Shown here: piece by piece, positions 10,128 through 20,244 of the stretch
How the letters are laid out: every line of letters begins with the position of its first letter
Numbering within the stretch: position 1 is the first letter of the stretch
IMG/VR virus record: IMGVR_UViG_3300033120_000925
Coordinates: 8,723-72,722 of that record
Direction: 5' to 3' (one strand)
Length of the DNA: 64,000 nucleotides
DNA from: a virus
Taxonomy: Duplodnaviria > Caudoviricetes
Notes under the pieces: model-generated
The model's database searches: none
What the model was told of the DNA's origin: nothing
What the model saw: the letters and a program-made list of their open reading frames with translations, nothing else
Position numbers and translations under genes: made by a program

Positions 10128-13100
10128 AATTAAACGATTTTACCACTTCGGAGTTAACCGCAAATAATTCAGTTTTAGTGTTTTTAGTAAGTGTCCCTGA
10201 AACTGTCAAGTGATAACCAAGCAATGAATTTACATTCGCGCTTTGCGGTTTCGAACACATTACATAATCTCCGCTTACAATATTTGCAACGGCATTTAAC
10301 GTTAATGTAGTAGCGGTTTTATTCGTTATTGTCCCTACAAGTTGGTTTGATAAATTCCTCACGTCGTCGCCGATGGAAATATCGCTACTAAGCGAAAATC
10401 CAAAACTCAAAACAAGCCCCGATACGGCACAATTTCCAATCCCCTGCACACTTAACAATGAAGTGTCGATAACTGCATTTGAAAGTCTTGCGTAGGCTTT
10501 ATACACACCTTCTTCTTTATTGAAATCGGATGCGTTCACATATCCCGTGTCAATATCGGTAAGTAAGCCTACTTGCCACGCATCTGTTCCTTCAATTTCT
10601 ACGGTTTTGTAGTTTTTGCGCATCGATGGCTCTTGACTGAAATTTATCGTCCAAGCGCTTGGTGTTTCTACTCCATAAAACGTGTTCCTAACAGATTCGT
10701 TATGTTGATAGATTTCCCCGTTGAAAAATGACAAAAACTTTCCGTTCACGCGGCACATATCTTCCGGATTGAACGTTATTCTACCCAACCATCCATTATC
10801 TTTATCAGAATAAACCCAAGTTACGTAAGAGCCGCTATTGTATTTTATGTTCAATACATATACATCGTGGTATTGGTCGTATTCTCCAATGATTTGATTG
10901 ATTGCGTTGTCACGAAATAGTTTCTTGAAATACGAATTCATTCCCTGGCTTGAAATTTCAAACAGTCCATTGTTGGATTTCTTTAATACAACTCCTCGTT
11001 TTGTGTCTGTCAAGTAGGAGTTGAACGCATATTCGTCAAAACTTTCCGGATGATAGGAAATGCCATATTCTCCGCCGTACATTTCCTGTCCTTTTCCTAA
11101 AACCTCATCTGTAACGGTTAAGTTTGAACTTCCGTCGGCGTTAAACAAGAAATCTTTTCCATAATAAACCTTGCTACATTTGTCTTCTTGATACACTTCG
11201 ATATTGGTATCAGTACCTTTTATTTTCAAGATTGGGCCATAACTTTTTTCAATGTCTTCCTTGAAATTCGCCAAATACAAATTAAATTCATTCAGCCTGT
11301 TTACGTTGGTGCTTGAATTATAAACTCCGGAATACGTAATATCTGTTTGGCGATTTACTTTTTTGAACCCATCTGCGCTAACCGCCGTGGCCGGAAAGTC
11401 AATCGATAAGTATCTTTCGTTGAAAGCATCCCTGATTTGGTAACTTTCGGCACCGTTGCCCATTACAAAACAATTGAAGGTATGTACCAATGAATGAACC
11501 CCGTCAACTACATTGGTTCCGTTGTAAACGTGCAATCCGTTCACGATAGGAAACACGTCTGGAGTTTCATAGAAAAGACTGGAGCTTTCTTCAAGTCCTT
11601 GTTTCTCGAATATCATAAATCCGGCATTGGTCCTCAAAGTAACTTTCACGTCAAGGAATCCGCTTTTTGGATTTATAACCGTATTCCTGCCGTTGGAGGT
11701 TCCTGTTATTTTAAAAGTTGTTGCCGTTGTCGATTCTTTGGCAAAAACACCGCCAAAATCAACTCCCGTGTTGTTTCCTTGAAACACCATCGTGGCAATC
11801 TGGGCATTGTAAAAATTTTGAAAATCAGGATAATCACTCGACGCTACAATATCGGCATCATAATCATTAAATTCATCTTCGTGGCTAAAACTACTCTTCA
11901 AAGAAATTGAAAGTATGGAGTTTCGAGGAATGTTTCCTGTTACCACCGAATTTGGAATAGTCAATGTAACCGTCGGATAACCACTTCGTTGACCTGCACT
12001 TCCTATAAATTCTCTATAGCCATCAGGATCGTATTTCATATCGAATCCTACCGGTTTTATTTTCATATAAAGCCCTGAAATTTCAGAAACTCCACCTGCA
12101 ATAAAATCCTGGTCTTGAACTTTTACCTCCAAAACTTTTACGGTAACCGGTTTTGCGTGAATACTCGACACATCACTTTTTACCAACAACGTATCTCCTT
12201 CTTTCACTTTGTTTTTGGTTTCGCCTTCTAATCGAACCCATCTGAAATAGCCATCTTCATAAAAATCCGTGGTATAAATTTCTTCGTAGGTCTTGATGGT
12301 TTCTTTTATGGCGAATTTATACGTTGTCGCCCAAGCAGGAGGCATCGTGGTTCCCATATTTACCGTAAGCGTGTTCTTGGAAGTAGATTTCGATAACGGA
12401 ATGAAAACGGTATTTTTTTCACTGGTCAATGCTGTGGTTTTTCTCCCTTGCGCGTCTCGATACAAAGTAGCTATTTCATAACTCCTGTAGCTTTTCATAC
12501 TTTTTTTGCTTGCAATCGAATCTACATAAGCAGCCGTAAGACTGTCTTGGTAGTATTCCGTGACAAAGGTGTTGGGTCCCGACGGTAATACTTCAATTTC
12601 ATATTTCATCGACGGAAACACAATGTCAATTACATTGGTGCTTACTACGGCAACCGTAAATCCATTGTACAACGAAGGAGGAAATCCCAATGAACCTCCT
12701 GGCAACACCAGAAAAGTACTTTTAAACAAATCGTTGAAATAACCTTCAATCCCAGATTTGAATAAATTAATGGAGTCGTCGGCAATAACATCCGAGATGC
12801 TGTCATAATCTTTGTCCAAAACCGTCACGTAAGAATTGTCAAAAACTGCAATAGGTCTTGTTGGAGTTAACGGAGGAACAACGGCAATCGATTTTATGTT
12901 GAATAAAATAGAAATAGCACCGTCCTTTTTTAGACTTTTTCCGGTAAAATCCAATCGTATTTTCCCGTCTACAATAGACGAAGCATCAAATAGGGAAGTG
13001 GCCGATAATTTAGTTACGGACAATGGAGAGGACTCCGGCGATAACGACGAAACTCCCACGGTATAATCCATAACCACGGGGTTTCCGTTTTTGTCAATCA

Positions 13101-14151
13101 GGTCTTTTCCTTCTACATAATTTGCATACATAACGCGATTACCCGCTATCGTTCCCGCAACTACACTTTCCGGAACGTTGTCGTAGGACCTGAAATATTG
13201 GTCTTCCGGCAAAACAGAAAATATTTTGTTGTTCGTAAAACGAATTGGTGCCGGAATAGTCACGTTGTCCGCCCAAGATTCTTCCGTTTTTACAAATTGG
13301 TCCACTTTGTAAACTACGGTTGAATTACTGTATTTAAACAACAAATCCACGCCTATTACTTCTCTTGGACCGGTGTTGAACGTAATGTCGCAACCATTGT
13401 AAATATTGACCATTCCTTTGTTCTCGCAAGAACTAGGGTTTAAATCAAAACGATTGGGCGTGAAAGCGTATTCCTGCCAAGACGAAATTGCCGAATAGTA
13501 ATTGTCTTTGTATTTATAACGCGTGGCAAAAGAAACATACTTGTCTTTCAGAAAATTTTCTTTTTCGTCCAAAGTTTTTACTTGAACTACCGTTGGCGGA
13601 AACAATGGTGGCGCTTTAATAAGCATAATCTCCTCGGCGGTAAACCAATCTATTCCGGAACCTGCTAATGCTAATTCTAAATCTATATATTTTTGTTTGA
13701 AACGAGCAATATTTAAAATCCTCGGCGGGTTGCTGTCGCCGGAAAACTTCAATAAAGTATCTGAAACGGTATTTCCGGAGATTACTTCTACATTCGTAAT
13801 ACGTTCTCCTGTACGGAAATTTAAACGTGTTCCGGTTGTAGATTGGGCGACAATTTCAGAAACGTATGTTTCGCTGTCGTACTCAATAATATAATCGTGA
13901 TTAGTTCCTTTTATGAAGTTGTAAACCTTGTTTTCGCTTGTGTTTACACCGTGTCCAATAGTATGACCACCTGTAATATTGTAGGCAGTTTTCAAGGCAT
14001 TTCCCAAGGCGTTCTTGCCAACGCCGCCAGAACTTGAATCTGTTGCAGAGACGAAAAAGTTTTCGGCATCAATCATCTCGGCAGAGTCAACAAATCTTGA
14101 ATCTAAATCCTTATTTATAATTCCTTTAGAAAATGTATTTTGTATTTTCAT
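10126..14151 (-). CDS. tail stabilisation/nozzle protein (P22 gp10-like position)
   Basis: 1341 aa, beta-rich, N-terminal FSKGIINKDLDSRF, directly after the ring-protein genes as in Bacteroidota podoviruses. Confidence 0.7.
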   Translation of the reverse strand: MKIQNTFSKGIINKDLDSRFVDSAEMIDAENFFVSATDSSSGGVGKNALGNALKTAYNITGGHTIGHGVNTSENKVYNFIKGTNHDYIIEYDSETYVSEIVAQSTTGTRLNFRTGERITNVEVISGNTVSDTLLKFSGDSNPPRILNIARFKQKYIDLELALAGSGIDWFTAEEIMLIKAPPLFPPTVVQVKTLDEKENFLKDKYVSFATRYKYKDNYYSAISSWQEYAFTPNRFDLNPSSCENKGMVNIYNGCDITFNTGPREVIGVDLLFKYSNSTVVYKVDQFVKTEESWADNVTIPAPIRFTNNKIFSVLPEDQYFRSYDNVPESVVAGTIAGNRVMYANYVEGKDLIDKNGNPVVMDYTVGVSSLSPESSPLSVTKLSATSLFDASSIVDGKIRLDFTGKSLKKDGAISILFNIKSIAVVPPLTPTRPIAVFDNSYVTVLDKDYDSISDVIADDSINLFKSGIEGYFNDLFKSTFLVLPGGSLGFPPSLYNGFTVAVVSTNVIDIVFPSMKYEIEVLPSGPNTFVTEYYQDSLTAAYVDSIASKKSMKSYRSYEIATLYRDAQGRKTTALTSEKNTVFIPLSKSTSKNTLTVNMGTTMPPAWATTYKFAIKETIKTYEEIYTTDFYEDGYFRWVRLEGETKNKVKEGDTLLVKSDVSSIHAKPVTVKVLEVKVQDQDFIAGGVSEISGLYMKIKPVGFDMKYDPDGYREFIGSAGQRSGYPTVTLTIPNSVVTGNIPRNSILSISLKSSFSHEDEFNDYDADIVASSDYPDFQNFYNAQIATMVFQGNNTGVDFGGVFAKESTTATTFKITGTSNGRNTVINPKSGFLDVKVTLRTNAGFMIFEKQGLEESSSLFYETPDVFPIVNGLHVYNGTNVVDGVHSLVHTFNCFVMGNGAESYQIRDAFNERYLSIDFPATAVSADGFKKVNRQTDITYSGVYNSSTNVNRLNEFNLYLANFKEDIEKSYGPILKIKGTDTNIEVYQEDKCSKVYYGKDFLFNADGSSNLTVTDEVLGKGQEMYGGEYGISYHPESFDEYAFNSYLTDTKRGVVLKKSNNGLFEISSQGMNSYFKKLFRDNAINQIIGEYDQYHDVYVLNIKYNSGSYVTWVYSDKDNGWLGRITFNPEDMCRVNGKFLSFFNGEIYQHNESVRNTFYGVETPSAWTINFSQEPSMRKNYKTVEIEGTDAWQVGLLTDIDTGYVNASDFNKEEGVYKAYARLSNAVIDTSLLSVQGIGNCAVSGLVLSFGFSLSSDISIGDDVRNLSNQLVGTITNKTATTLTLNAVANIVSGDYVMCSKPQSANVNSLLGYHLTVSGTLTKNTKTELFAVNSEVVKSFN

Positions 14152-15003
14152 CTATCGTAAGTATTGTCGTTTCGCATTCAAAACCAACATCGTGTCACCA
14201 ATCCTGACATCCATCATTCTGATTTTGGCATTGGTATATTCGGCGCGATATATTTTTTCTGCTTGTTTCTTTTCGTACATTGGTATTCCGGCATCCGAAA
14301 ACATCATATTGAAATTAATGTAGTGCAGGATGGCTGTTTCGGCGAGTTTGCTTACTTTGATGTCGGACTCGTTCAAAAACTCCAAACCATCCGAAACATA
14401 CTCAAGCATAATCACCCTGCTTGCATTATCCGAACTAAAGTGCATTCTGCCTTCTCTCGGAATAGGCTTGAAAGCTCCGTTGATATTTTTAGTCGTGTCT
14501 AAATTATAATTTGTGTCTTCCGAATTTACATCAAAACTACTCACGAAATTTCGCTCCGTAATCGTGTCTTTTAGCAAACTATGATAAGTAGTTCCCTCAA
14601 GAATAAAACCATCGTTGTCGAACAGGATATTGGCGTTGTGGTCTTGCAAATAAGCAGTTCCCGCCGGCAAGTCGTCATTCACCGATAAAAACATCAAATC
14701 GCCTGTAACCGGATGAACATACGAAACACGAACCCAATTAATGTAATCTACTGGCAGAATAATATCAAGCGTGTCACCCAACTCCAGTTCCACTTTTTTG
14801 GTTTCTCGCAAGGCATTTATAGTAAACTGTTTTATCCCCTGTTTGGCGTGGCGAACAATCTTTCTACGATTGGCTTTTCCTATCAGGGTTCCATTTCCCG
14901 TAAACGTATCGATAAAGTCATCTACAATATTTTCCAAACTCACATAAATATAGGAGTTCGTGGCAGGGTCGGAATAATATATTTCAGGATTAATTGCGCT
15001 CAT
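14152..15003 (-). CDS. tail tubular/ring (head-tail adaptor) protein
   Basis: 283 aa; synteny between capsid block and tail stabilisation gene. Confidence 0.6.
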   Translation of the reverse strand: MSAINPEIYYSDPATNSYIYVSLENIVDDFIDTFTGNGTLIGKANRRKIVRHAKQGIKQFTINALRETKKVELELGDTLDIILPVDYINWVRVSYVHPVTGDLMFLSVNDDLPAGTAYLQDHNANILFDNDGFILEGTTYHSLLKDTITERNFVSSFDVNSEDTNYNLDTTKNINGAFKPIPREGRMHFSSDNASRVIMLEYVSDGLEFLNESDIKVSKLAETAILHYINFNMMFSDAGIPMYEKKQAEKIYRAEYTNAKIRMMDVRIGDTMLVLNAKRQYLR

Positions 15004-15722
15004 TAGGATTGTTTATTTTCTGTTTTTACTTCTTCATTGTCGGCGATGGCGGCCACGTCATTTTCCTTGATGGAGATTCCGCAATACGATAATATTTTCG
15101 CTACAAGTAGAGGAAATAAAGGCTCCGCTAATTCAAAATCCTGCAAATCTCCGGCTCCCGCATTGTAAACAGGATTTCCGCCTGATAATACGTATGTCCA
15201 TTTAGGTGTTTTTGGCGTTCTTATGTAAAACAACTCCAATGAATATCCACTAGGAACAGTGGGGAAAACTCTGTAACTCACGCCAATTTTAGTGTAGATA
15301 GGATATGTATTTGTAGCTTCTTTTGAGGCAATATTCAACTCATATCCTTTGTGAACTTCTTGCACATCACGACGCTTCCCTGCGGCATTAATCAAGGTCA
15401 ATCCTTCGGTACGGTATAAATCATTTCCTATGTAACTCCATACATTATTTGGGGCGTTGTAGGTAAAATTCGAAGGAGTAGAGTAGGTTGCAAACACGTC
15501 AATCTGCTCCTGGATGTTCTGAACTATATCTGAATACTCCGAGTTTACGTATTTCTTAGTTTGATTGTTCGTGTGCTTATTTAATCTATAAAACAAATTC
15601 TCAAATAAGTCCATTTGAGCAAGATGACAAAAAGCGTCAAACTCCGACGTTCCAATTGCGCCGCGATTGTTCTTGTTAAGCAGGTGTAAAACCGTGTTTC
15701 TGACTTTATTTATGGAAATCAT
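15003..15722 (-). CDS. tail tubular/ring (head-tail adaptor) protein
   Basis: MISINKVRNTVLHLLNKNNRG start chosen downstream of the promoter; paralog-like neighbour of 14152-15003. Confidence 0.6.
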   Translation of the reverse strand: MISINKVRNTVLHLLNKNNRGAIGTSEFDAFCHLAQMDLFENLFYRLNKHTNNQTKKYVNSEYSDIVQNIQEQIDVFATYSTPSNFTYNAPNNVWSYIGNDLYRTEGLTLINAAGKRRDVQEVHKGYELNIASKEATNTYPIYTKIGVSYRVFPTVPSGYSLELFYIRTPKTPKWTYVLSGGNPVYNAGAGDLQDFELAEPLFPLLVAKILSYCGISIKENDVAAIADNEEVKTENKQS

Positions 15723-15743
15723 ATTGATATTATTTTCTATCAA

Positions 15744-15785
15744 CAAAGATATTCAATAATCATTTGCAAACATTTGTTGTCGGTT
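15744..15785 (-). promoter_or_regulatory. late-type promoter (operator motif + N15 + TAnnTTTG)
   Basis: CAAAGATA 15744-15751, 15 bp, then CAAACATTTGTTGTCGGTT. Confidence 0.7.
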
Positions 15786-15799
15786 GTTTTTTGAAACCA

Positions 15800-15831
15800 A
15801 AAACCCCGACTCCATAAAGAATCGGGGTTTT
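15800..15831. terminator. intrinsic terminator
   Basis: AAAACCCCGA...TCGGGGTTTT. Confidence 0.8.
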
Positions 15832-15853
15832 CTACATTCAAGCCTTACGTATT

Positions 15854-16915
15854 TTAGCTGATTGCGTTAGAAAGATAATCGTAGGTTGCTCTTCCTTCAT
15901 TGGTTTGGAAATACTCGGCGATGGCGTCGTATTCGTTTACGTTTCTTCCTACCTCAAGAATCACTTCTTTTCGGTCATTGATGAAACGGTATTTGTCAAA
16001 AACTAAATACCCCCTTGAAACTGCCGTACGAGCAACTCCTTTGTATTTTAATTTAGGGTCGTTGGCTAATTCTATGTACTTTTTAGGCTCTTTTTTGATG
16101 TAGGAGTAGATTTCCTCTTTGACGATAGACATATCCCAAGAATCGATATATCCAAGAGAAACTAAACTCGCAATAACTCTATTGGAACTATCCCCAATTT
16201 CACGGGCAAGTTTCTTGGCTTCAAAATCCAAATCCTCTGCTTCAACTGCTTTTCTTGATTTTTCGGTAACGTCAAATTCCTTGAATAGTATTCCGTTTTC
16301 AGGAGTAATAGCCAAGAATTGTTGTAACGCAATATCATTAGCTGAAGTATTTAGCGTACCATTTTTCAGGATGATATGTGCCGTACTTACGGAGCCTGGC
16401 TCTTTCGATTGTTGATCCATAAAGAATGAAGTCTGATTCGTGGCGTATCGTAACGCGTGAGATTTCTTCGTTTCTTTATTAAGGTAAGTCAATGGTTTTG
16501 CCTCTGTATGCTGATGGGTAATACTTGCCGAAAGTGGCTTACCATCCATCCAAACATAAGTTCTGTCCTTCATAACCCAATTCCTTAATTCAGGAATGTC
16601 ATTCGGGTCATTCGGTACTTCATAAACTATCCTTTCTTTTACAGACTCTTGTTTTTGGGGTTGTAGCGATGCTAATGCTTTGGCTAATTCGCTTGCTACT
16701 AATTTTTGAACTTCCGACAAAGGAATTGACGGCTCTTGTTCTTCTGTAGTCGTAGGCGGTTTTTCTTCCGTGGAATCTGAACTTTCGACGGATTTCAAAT
16801 ACTCGGCCAAAGGAATTTCTCCTACATATTTTTTATCTACTATTAATCCATCTACAACCATTTTTTTGTAGATATTAGACAAGTGAGAGGGTAACTTAAC
16901 TTCTTGTGTTTCCAT
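15854..16915 (-). CDS. putative auxiliary capsid/portal-vertex protein
   Basis: 353 aa immediately downstream of the MCP gene; synteny only. Confidence 0.45.
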   Translation of the reverse strand: METQEVKLPSHLSNIYKKMVVDGLIVDKKYVGEIPLAEYLKSVESSDSTEEKPPTTTEEQEPSIPLSEVQKLVASELAKALASLQPQKQESVKERIVYEVPNDPNDIPELRNWVMKDRTYVWMDGKPLSASITHQHTEAKPLTYLNKETKKSHALRYATNQTSFFMDQQSKEPGSVSTAHIILKNGTLNTSANDIALQQFLAITPENGILFKEFDVTEKSRKAVEAEDLDFEAKKLAREIGDSSNRVIASLVSLGYIDSWDMSIVKEEIYSYIKKEPKKYIELANDPKLKYKGVARTAVSRGYLVFDKYRFINDRKEVILEVGRNVNEYDAIAEYFQTNEGRATYDYLSNAIS

Positions 16916-16948
16916 TTCGATTTAATTTGATTTGAATTTATTTTTATT

Positions 16949-16976
16949 AAAAAGGCGAGAGTAATTCTCGCCTTTT
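16949..16976 (-). terminator. terminator after the major capsid gene
   Basis: AAAAAGGCGAGA-GTAA-TTCTCGCCTTTTT. Confidence 0.85.
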
Positions 16977-16996
16977 TCTTTATTCTAATGCTATGC

Positions 16997-18325
16997 TTAC
17001 CCCTGAAAAATGAACGTGTTAGCACGCCCTAGCACGACCAAAGCTTGTTCGGCCTGGAATTCAGTACGAATTTCATCTTTAGTACTTGTTCCATTTTTCC
17101 AGTCAAATACGCTCATCTCGTATTTCAAGTTTGTAGGTCCGTATGCTTTGTATCTAAGGTGAAGCAACGGTAAAGTAGCTTGTTTTCCTTTAGACGCATC
17201 GTAAACACTTTTTGAACCTGAAGGGAACATAATAGCGTGAACTTTTTTAGCACCTACCATAGAACCTTGGGCAGTTGGAGCTTCTACATATCTCCATCTT
17301 GATTTACCGAACTCATAACCACCTCTTTTGAATCCAGAGAATTCAAGGTTCAATGCCATTTTTTCGTTGTTGTCGAACATACCCCAAGATAATCCTGTAG
17401 TATTTACGGCTGACAAATAATCGTCAATGGTAGAGTTGAAAGCAGTTGTTCCGTACATAAATTGTTGTGACAAACCACCTTGTTTGTTGCTACGGTCAAT
17501 GATGGAATCTACTCCGGCCATTGTAGAAAGAGTACCTGTGTAGATGTTTCCTTCTCTAAATGCGTCGAACAAACCTTGGGAACCTTGATAACCTGCTGTA
17601 AGCAAATCACCGGCCCATTTTTTCTTGTTCAACAACCCTGATTCGATGGCGTTTTTGAAACGTTTTTCTGTGTTGGCATAGTTCAAGAAGTACCAAACGT
17701 GTTTCACTGAACCGTCTGCTCCTGTAATATCCAACCAAGAAATAGAAGCCATATTTGAACGATTCTCTTTAACCATTTCTTTGAATTTAGAAAGGTTTTG
17801 TTCAAATGAGGTAACTTTGGTGTTCAATGATTCTTGCATACCTTCAGAACCTTTCAAGAATTCGTTGGTATCTGCGAAAACTACAATTCCAGTAGTTCCG
17901 ATAGCAGTCCATCCGGCAGCTTCTCCACATAAAGCGGTGAAAGTTGTGCTTGTAACAGAACTAATACGTCCTTGTCTTACGTTAGCACCTGCTGTATCTC
18001 TGGCTACAATAACTTCTCCTGGACGGAAAGTATGGTCGGCAAGAGTAAATACGTCTGCTGTACGGGCAACGCCTTCTCCTAATTGAGTCAAACGGTCTTC
18101 TTCTTTCCAAAGAACGCTGTCGGCGGCGATTGCAATTTCTTTTCCTTGCAATTCAATCATACCTGTCAATTCTTGAGATCCGTAACGTTCTTGAATTTTA
18201 TTGTATGTTTCTGGTAATTCTTGTCTTAACCAGTCGTAATCTGCGCTACCCAAATAGTTTTCAGGGGTAGGGACTTTTGTGGCAGAAGGTGTAAAACTTA
18301 CTGCGGGGGATGTTTCTAATGCCAT
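16997..18325 (-). CDS. major capsid protein
   Basis: 442 aa, downstream of an acidic scaffold-like gene and followed by a strong terminator; beta-sandwich insertion region typical of Bacteroidota podovirus MCPs. Confidence 0.8.
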   Translation of the reverse strand: MALETSPAVSFTPSATKVPTPENYLGSADYDWLRQELPETYNKIQERYGSQELTGMIELQGKEIAIAADSVLWKEEDRLTQLGEGVARTADVFTLADHTFRPGEVIVARDTAGANVRQGRISSVTSTTFTALCGEAAGWTAIGTTGIVVFADTNEFLKGSEGMQESLNTKVTSFEQNLSKFKEMVKENRSNMASISWLDITGADGSVKHVWYFLNYANTEKRFKNAIESGLLNKKKWAGDLLTAGYQGSQGLFDAFREGNIYTGTLSTMAGVDSIIDRSNKQGGLSQQFMYGTTAFNSTIDDYLSAVNTTGLSWGMFDNNEKMALNLEFSGFKRGGYEFGKSRWRYVEAPTAQGSMVGAKKVHAIMFPSGSKSVYDASKGKQATLPLLHLRYKAYGPTNLKYEMSVFDWKNGTSTKDEIRTEFQAEQALVVLGRANTFIFQG

Positions 18326-18369
18326 TTCGTTTTTTGTGTTTAGTTATTATTTAACTTTTGCAAAAAGAA

Positions 18370-19497
18370 TTAGTCTTTTGATTCCTTAACAGTCCAAGTA
18401 GATGTAGGCGTATTGATGCTTTTTATCGTGTCTTGGGTGATATTCTTCGATAGTTTATCATCTTTTTCAACTTGGGAGGCTTTCCCTAAATTGTAGAAAT
18501 GTTCTGCTACCTTATCGGCATTTGCACCGAAGTACAATGCTTTGTGAAACCCTTTCGGGTCTTTTAGATTTCCTGTTTTTTCGTCAAAGAACTGTCTGTT
18601 AAAGTTGTTGATGTCTAATTGGGTATTCTTCGTTTCCTGAATATTTTCGGGTTTAATCGAAATTTCTTCAAAACCTGTTTTCTCATCTCCGACCTTCAAT
18701 TTGAAACCTTCAAAATCTTTCGTAAAAATGTCATTGGTTTTGGAAACATAGTCTTCCCTGTTTTTAGCCATCGCTAAACTGTATTCTTCCTGCTGTTTTT
18801 GTGAACTCTCCAATTCTGCTTTGGCATTTCGATATTCTTCCGGTATATAGTCTTCAGAACCTCTGTTGACCATATATTCCTCCTTCTGTTTGTCGAGGTA
18901 GCTGTGGGCTTTTTGTAAATCCACTTTTGCTTTAATCTGTTTTGATTTTATATCCCTGTCCGAGTCTATATCTTCATCAAAAACATATTTATCTTCATAT
19001 AGAAAATCAATATCCTCTTTATCAAGAGTTGGATTTTCTTTTTTTAGCAATTCCTTTAAAACCACTTCTTGACTTTCAGCCGTCCAATCTTTTTGGGTAG
19101 CTTCAAAATCCTTGTAACTGTGGTTTCCTGTTTTTTCCACGAACTCTTGAAACTTTTCGATTTCTGGAGCCAATTTCTTTTGTTCTTTCGGGGTCAACGA
19201 ATCCTGAAATTCCTCCACCGTCATTCCTCTTGATTCTGCCAAATATTGTAGGGCTAAATCCTCGTCAAGCTCCACCGCTTCAAATTCGTCTTCTACTACA
19301 TCAGTAACAACCTCTGCAACTTCTTCTGCTTTGGGAGTTTCCTCTGCTTTTGGCGTTTCTTCCGTAACCTCCGAAACCTTTACGATTTCTTCTGCCGGTT
19401 GTTCGGACCTGTCTACACTTTCGGTAACTTTATATTCTGATTGAGGAGTTTCTACGACTACTGCCGCCTCGTCAATAATTGTTTCGTCTTGTGGCAT
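18370..19497 (-). CDS. putative capsid scaffolding protein
   Basis: Highly acidic, helical, between portal and MCP. Confidence 0.65.
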   Translation of the reverse strand: MPQDETIIDEAAVVVETPQSEYKVTESVDRSEQPAEEIVKVSEVTEETPKAEETPKAEEVAEVVTDVVEDEFEAVELDEDLALQYLAESRGMTVEEFQDSLTPKEQKKLAPEIEKFQEFVEKTGNHSYKDFEATQKDWTAESQEVVLKELLKKENPTLDKEDIDFLYEDKYVFDEDIDSDRDIKSKQIKAKVDLQKAHSYLDKQKEEYMVNRGSEDYIPEEYRNAKAELESSQKQQEEYSLAMAKNREDYVSKTNDIFTKDFEGFKLKVGDEKTGFEEISIKPENIQETKNTQLDINNFNRQFFDEKTGNLKDPKGFHKALYFGANADKVAEHFYNLGKASQVEKDDKLSKNITQDTIKSINTPTSTWTVKESKD

Positions 19498-19523
19498 TTG
19501 AATTTGATTTGATTTAATTAGGA

Positions 19524-19565
19524 CAAAATTATGTAAAAAATGATTACAAACGTTTGTTGTCGGTT
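19524..19565 (-). promoter_or_regulatory. late-type promoter for scaffold/MCP
   Basis: CAAAATTA 19524-19531, 15 bp, then CAAACGTTTGTTGTCGGTT. Confidence 0.7.
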
Positions 19566-19583
19566 ATTTTATTTGTACATTTG
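19553..19583 (+). promoter_or_regulatory. host-type sigma promoter, divergent from the capsid promoter
   Basis: TTTG 19553-19556, N19, TACATTTG 19576-19583: matches the Bacteroidota -33/-7 consensus. Confidence 0.7.
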
Positions 19584-19589
19584 CATTAC

Positions 19590-19778
19590 TCTTGGCTCCA
19601 TATTAGGGCCAATGAGTTTCGAAACTCGATATTTCAAGATATTTACCGAGCTTTGCGGTAAGGCAGAATAAAGTTTGGACAGCGAAAGCAGAACTTAATT
19701 TAGACAGCCTTTGAGTTGATTCTTCCATTTGGAGAAACCAAATCTAAAAGCGGATAGCCTTGAAGTTATCCGCTTTTT
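19590..19778 (+). ncRNA. putative small structured RNA (or 19-aa peptide mRNA)
   Basis: Consensus promoter upstream, chain of hairpins, ends at a terminator; only a 19-codon ORF (19612-19671). Confidence 0.45.
19747..19778. terminator. bidirectional terminator
   Basis: AAAAGCGGATAGC...GTTATCCGCTTTTT. Confidence 0.8.
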
Positions 19779-19782
19779 GCTT

Positions 19783-20232
19783 TTAGACTTGCTTTGCTTT
19801 TTTAACAAAAACATTTTTGATTTTCGGCATTTCTTTCTCCAACGGTGCTGTTCTACTATAAGAATCCCTTGTAGACGTAGATATTCCGGTGCTGTATTTA
19901 TCGACTAGGTTAGAGTCGTTTACGTGTTCCCTTCCTCTCATTACCTGCGGAACTCCTCCTTTTAGCCTTGTTTCGTTTGCAGTTTTATTACCGGCTCTTG
20001 CTTGGTCAACAATATCTTTTCCGTCAAACTTGGCTTTTTTGGCTCCTGATATGCTGTCGCTTTTGGCCATAGACTCTACTTCATTTCTTTTTTTATTGTA
20101 ATCGGTAGTTTCGTTCACTTTTGCAATAAAGTCTTTGGAAAGCCCTTTCGGCACATAGGCTTCCATTTCTACTTTAGTTTCTGCTGTTTTTTTTGGCACT
20201 TTCACCATTACTTTTTTTGCTGGATTTGGCAT
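19783..20232 (-). CDS. basic hypothetical protein
   Basis: Intact Lys-rich ORF directly after portal. Confidence 0.65.
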   Translation of the reverse strand: MPNPAKKVMVKVPKKTAETKVEMEAYVPKGLSKDFIAKVNETTDYNKKRNEVESMAKSDSISGAKKAKFDGKDIVDQARAGNKTANETRLKGGVPQVMRGREHVNDSNLVDKYSTGISTSTRDSYSRTAPLEKEMPKIKNVFVKKAKQV

Positions 20233-20244
20233 CTTTTTTTATTT

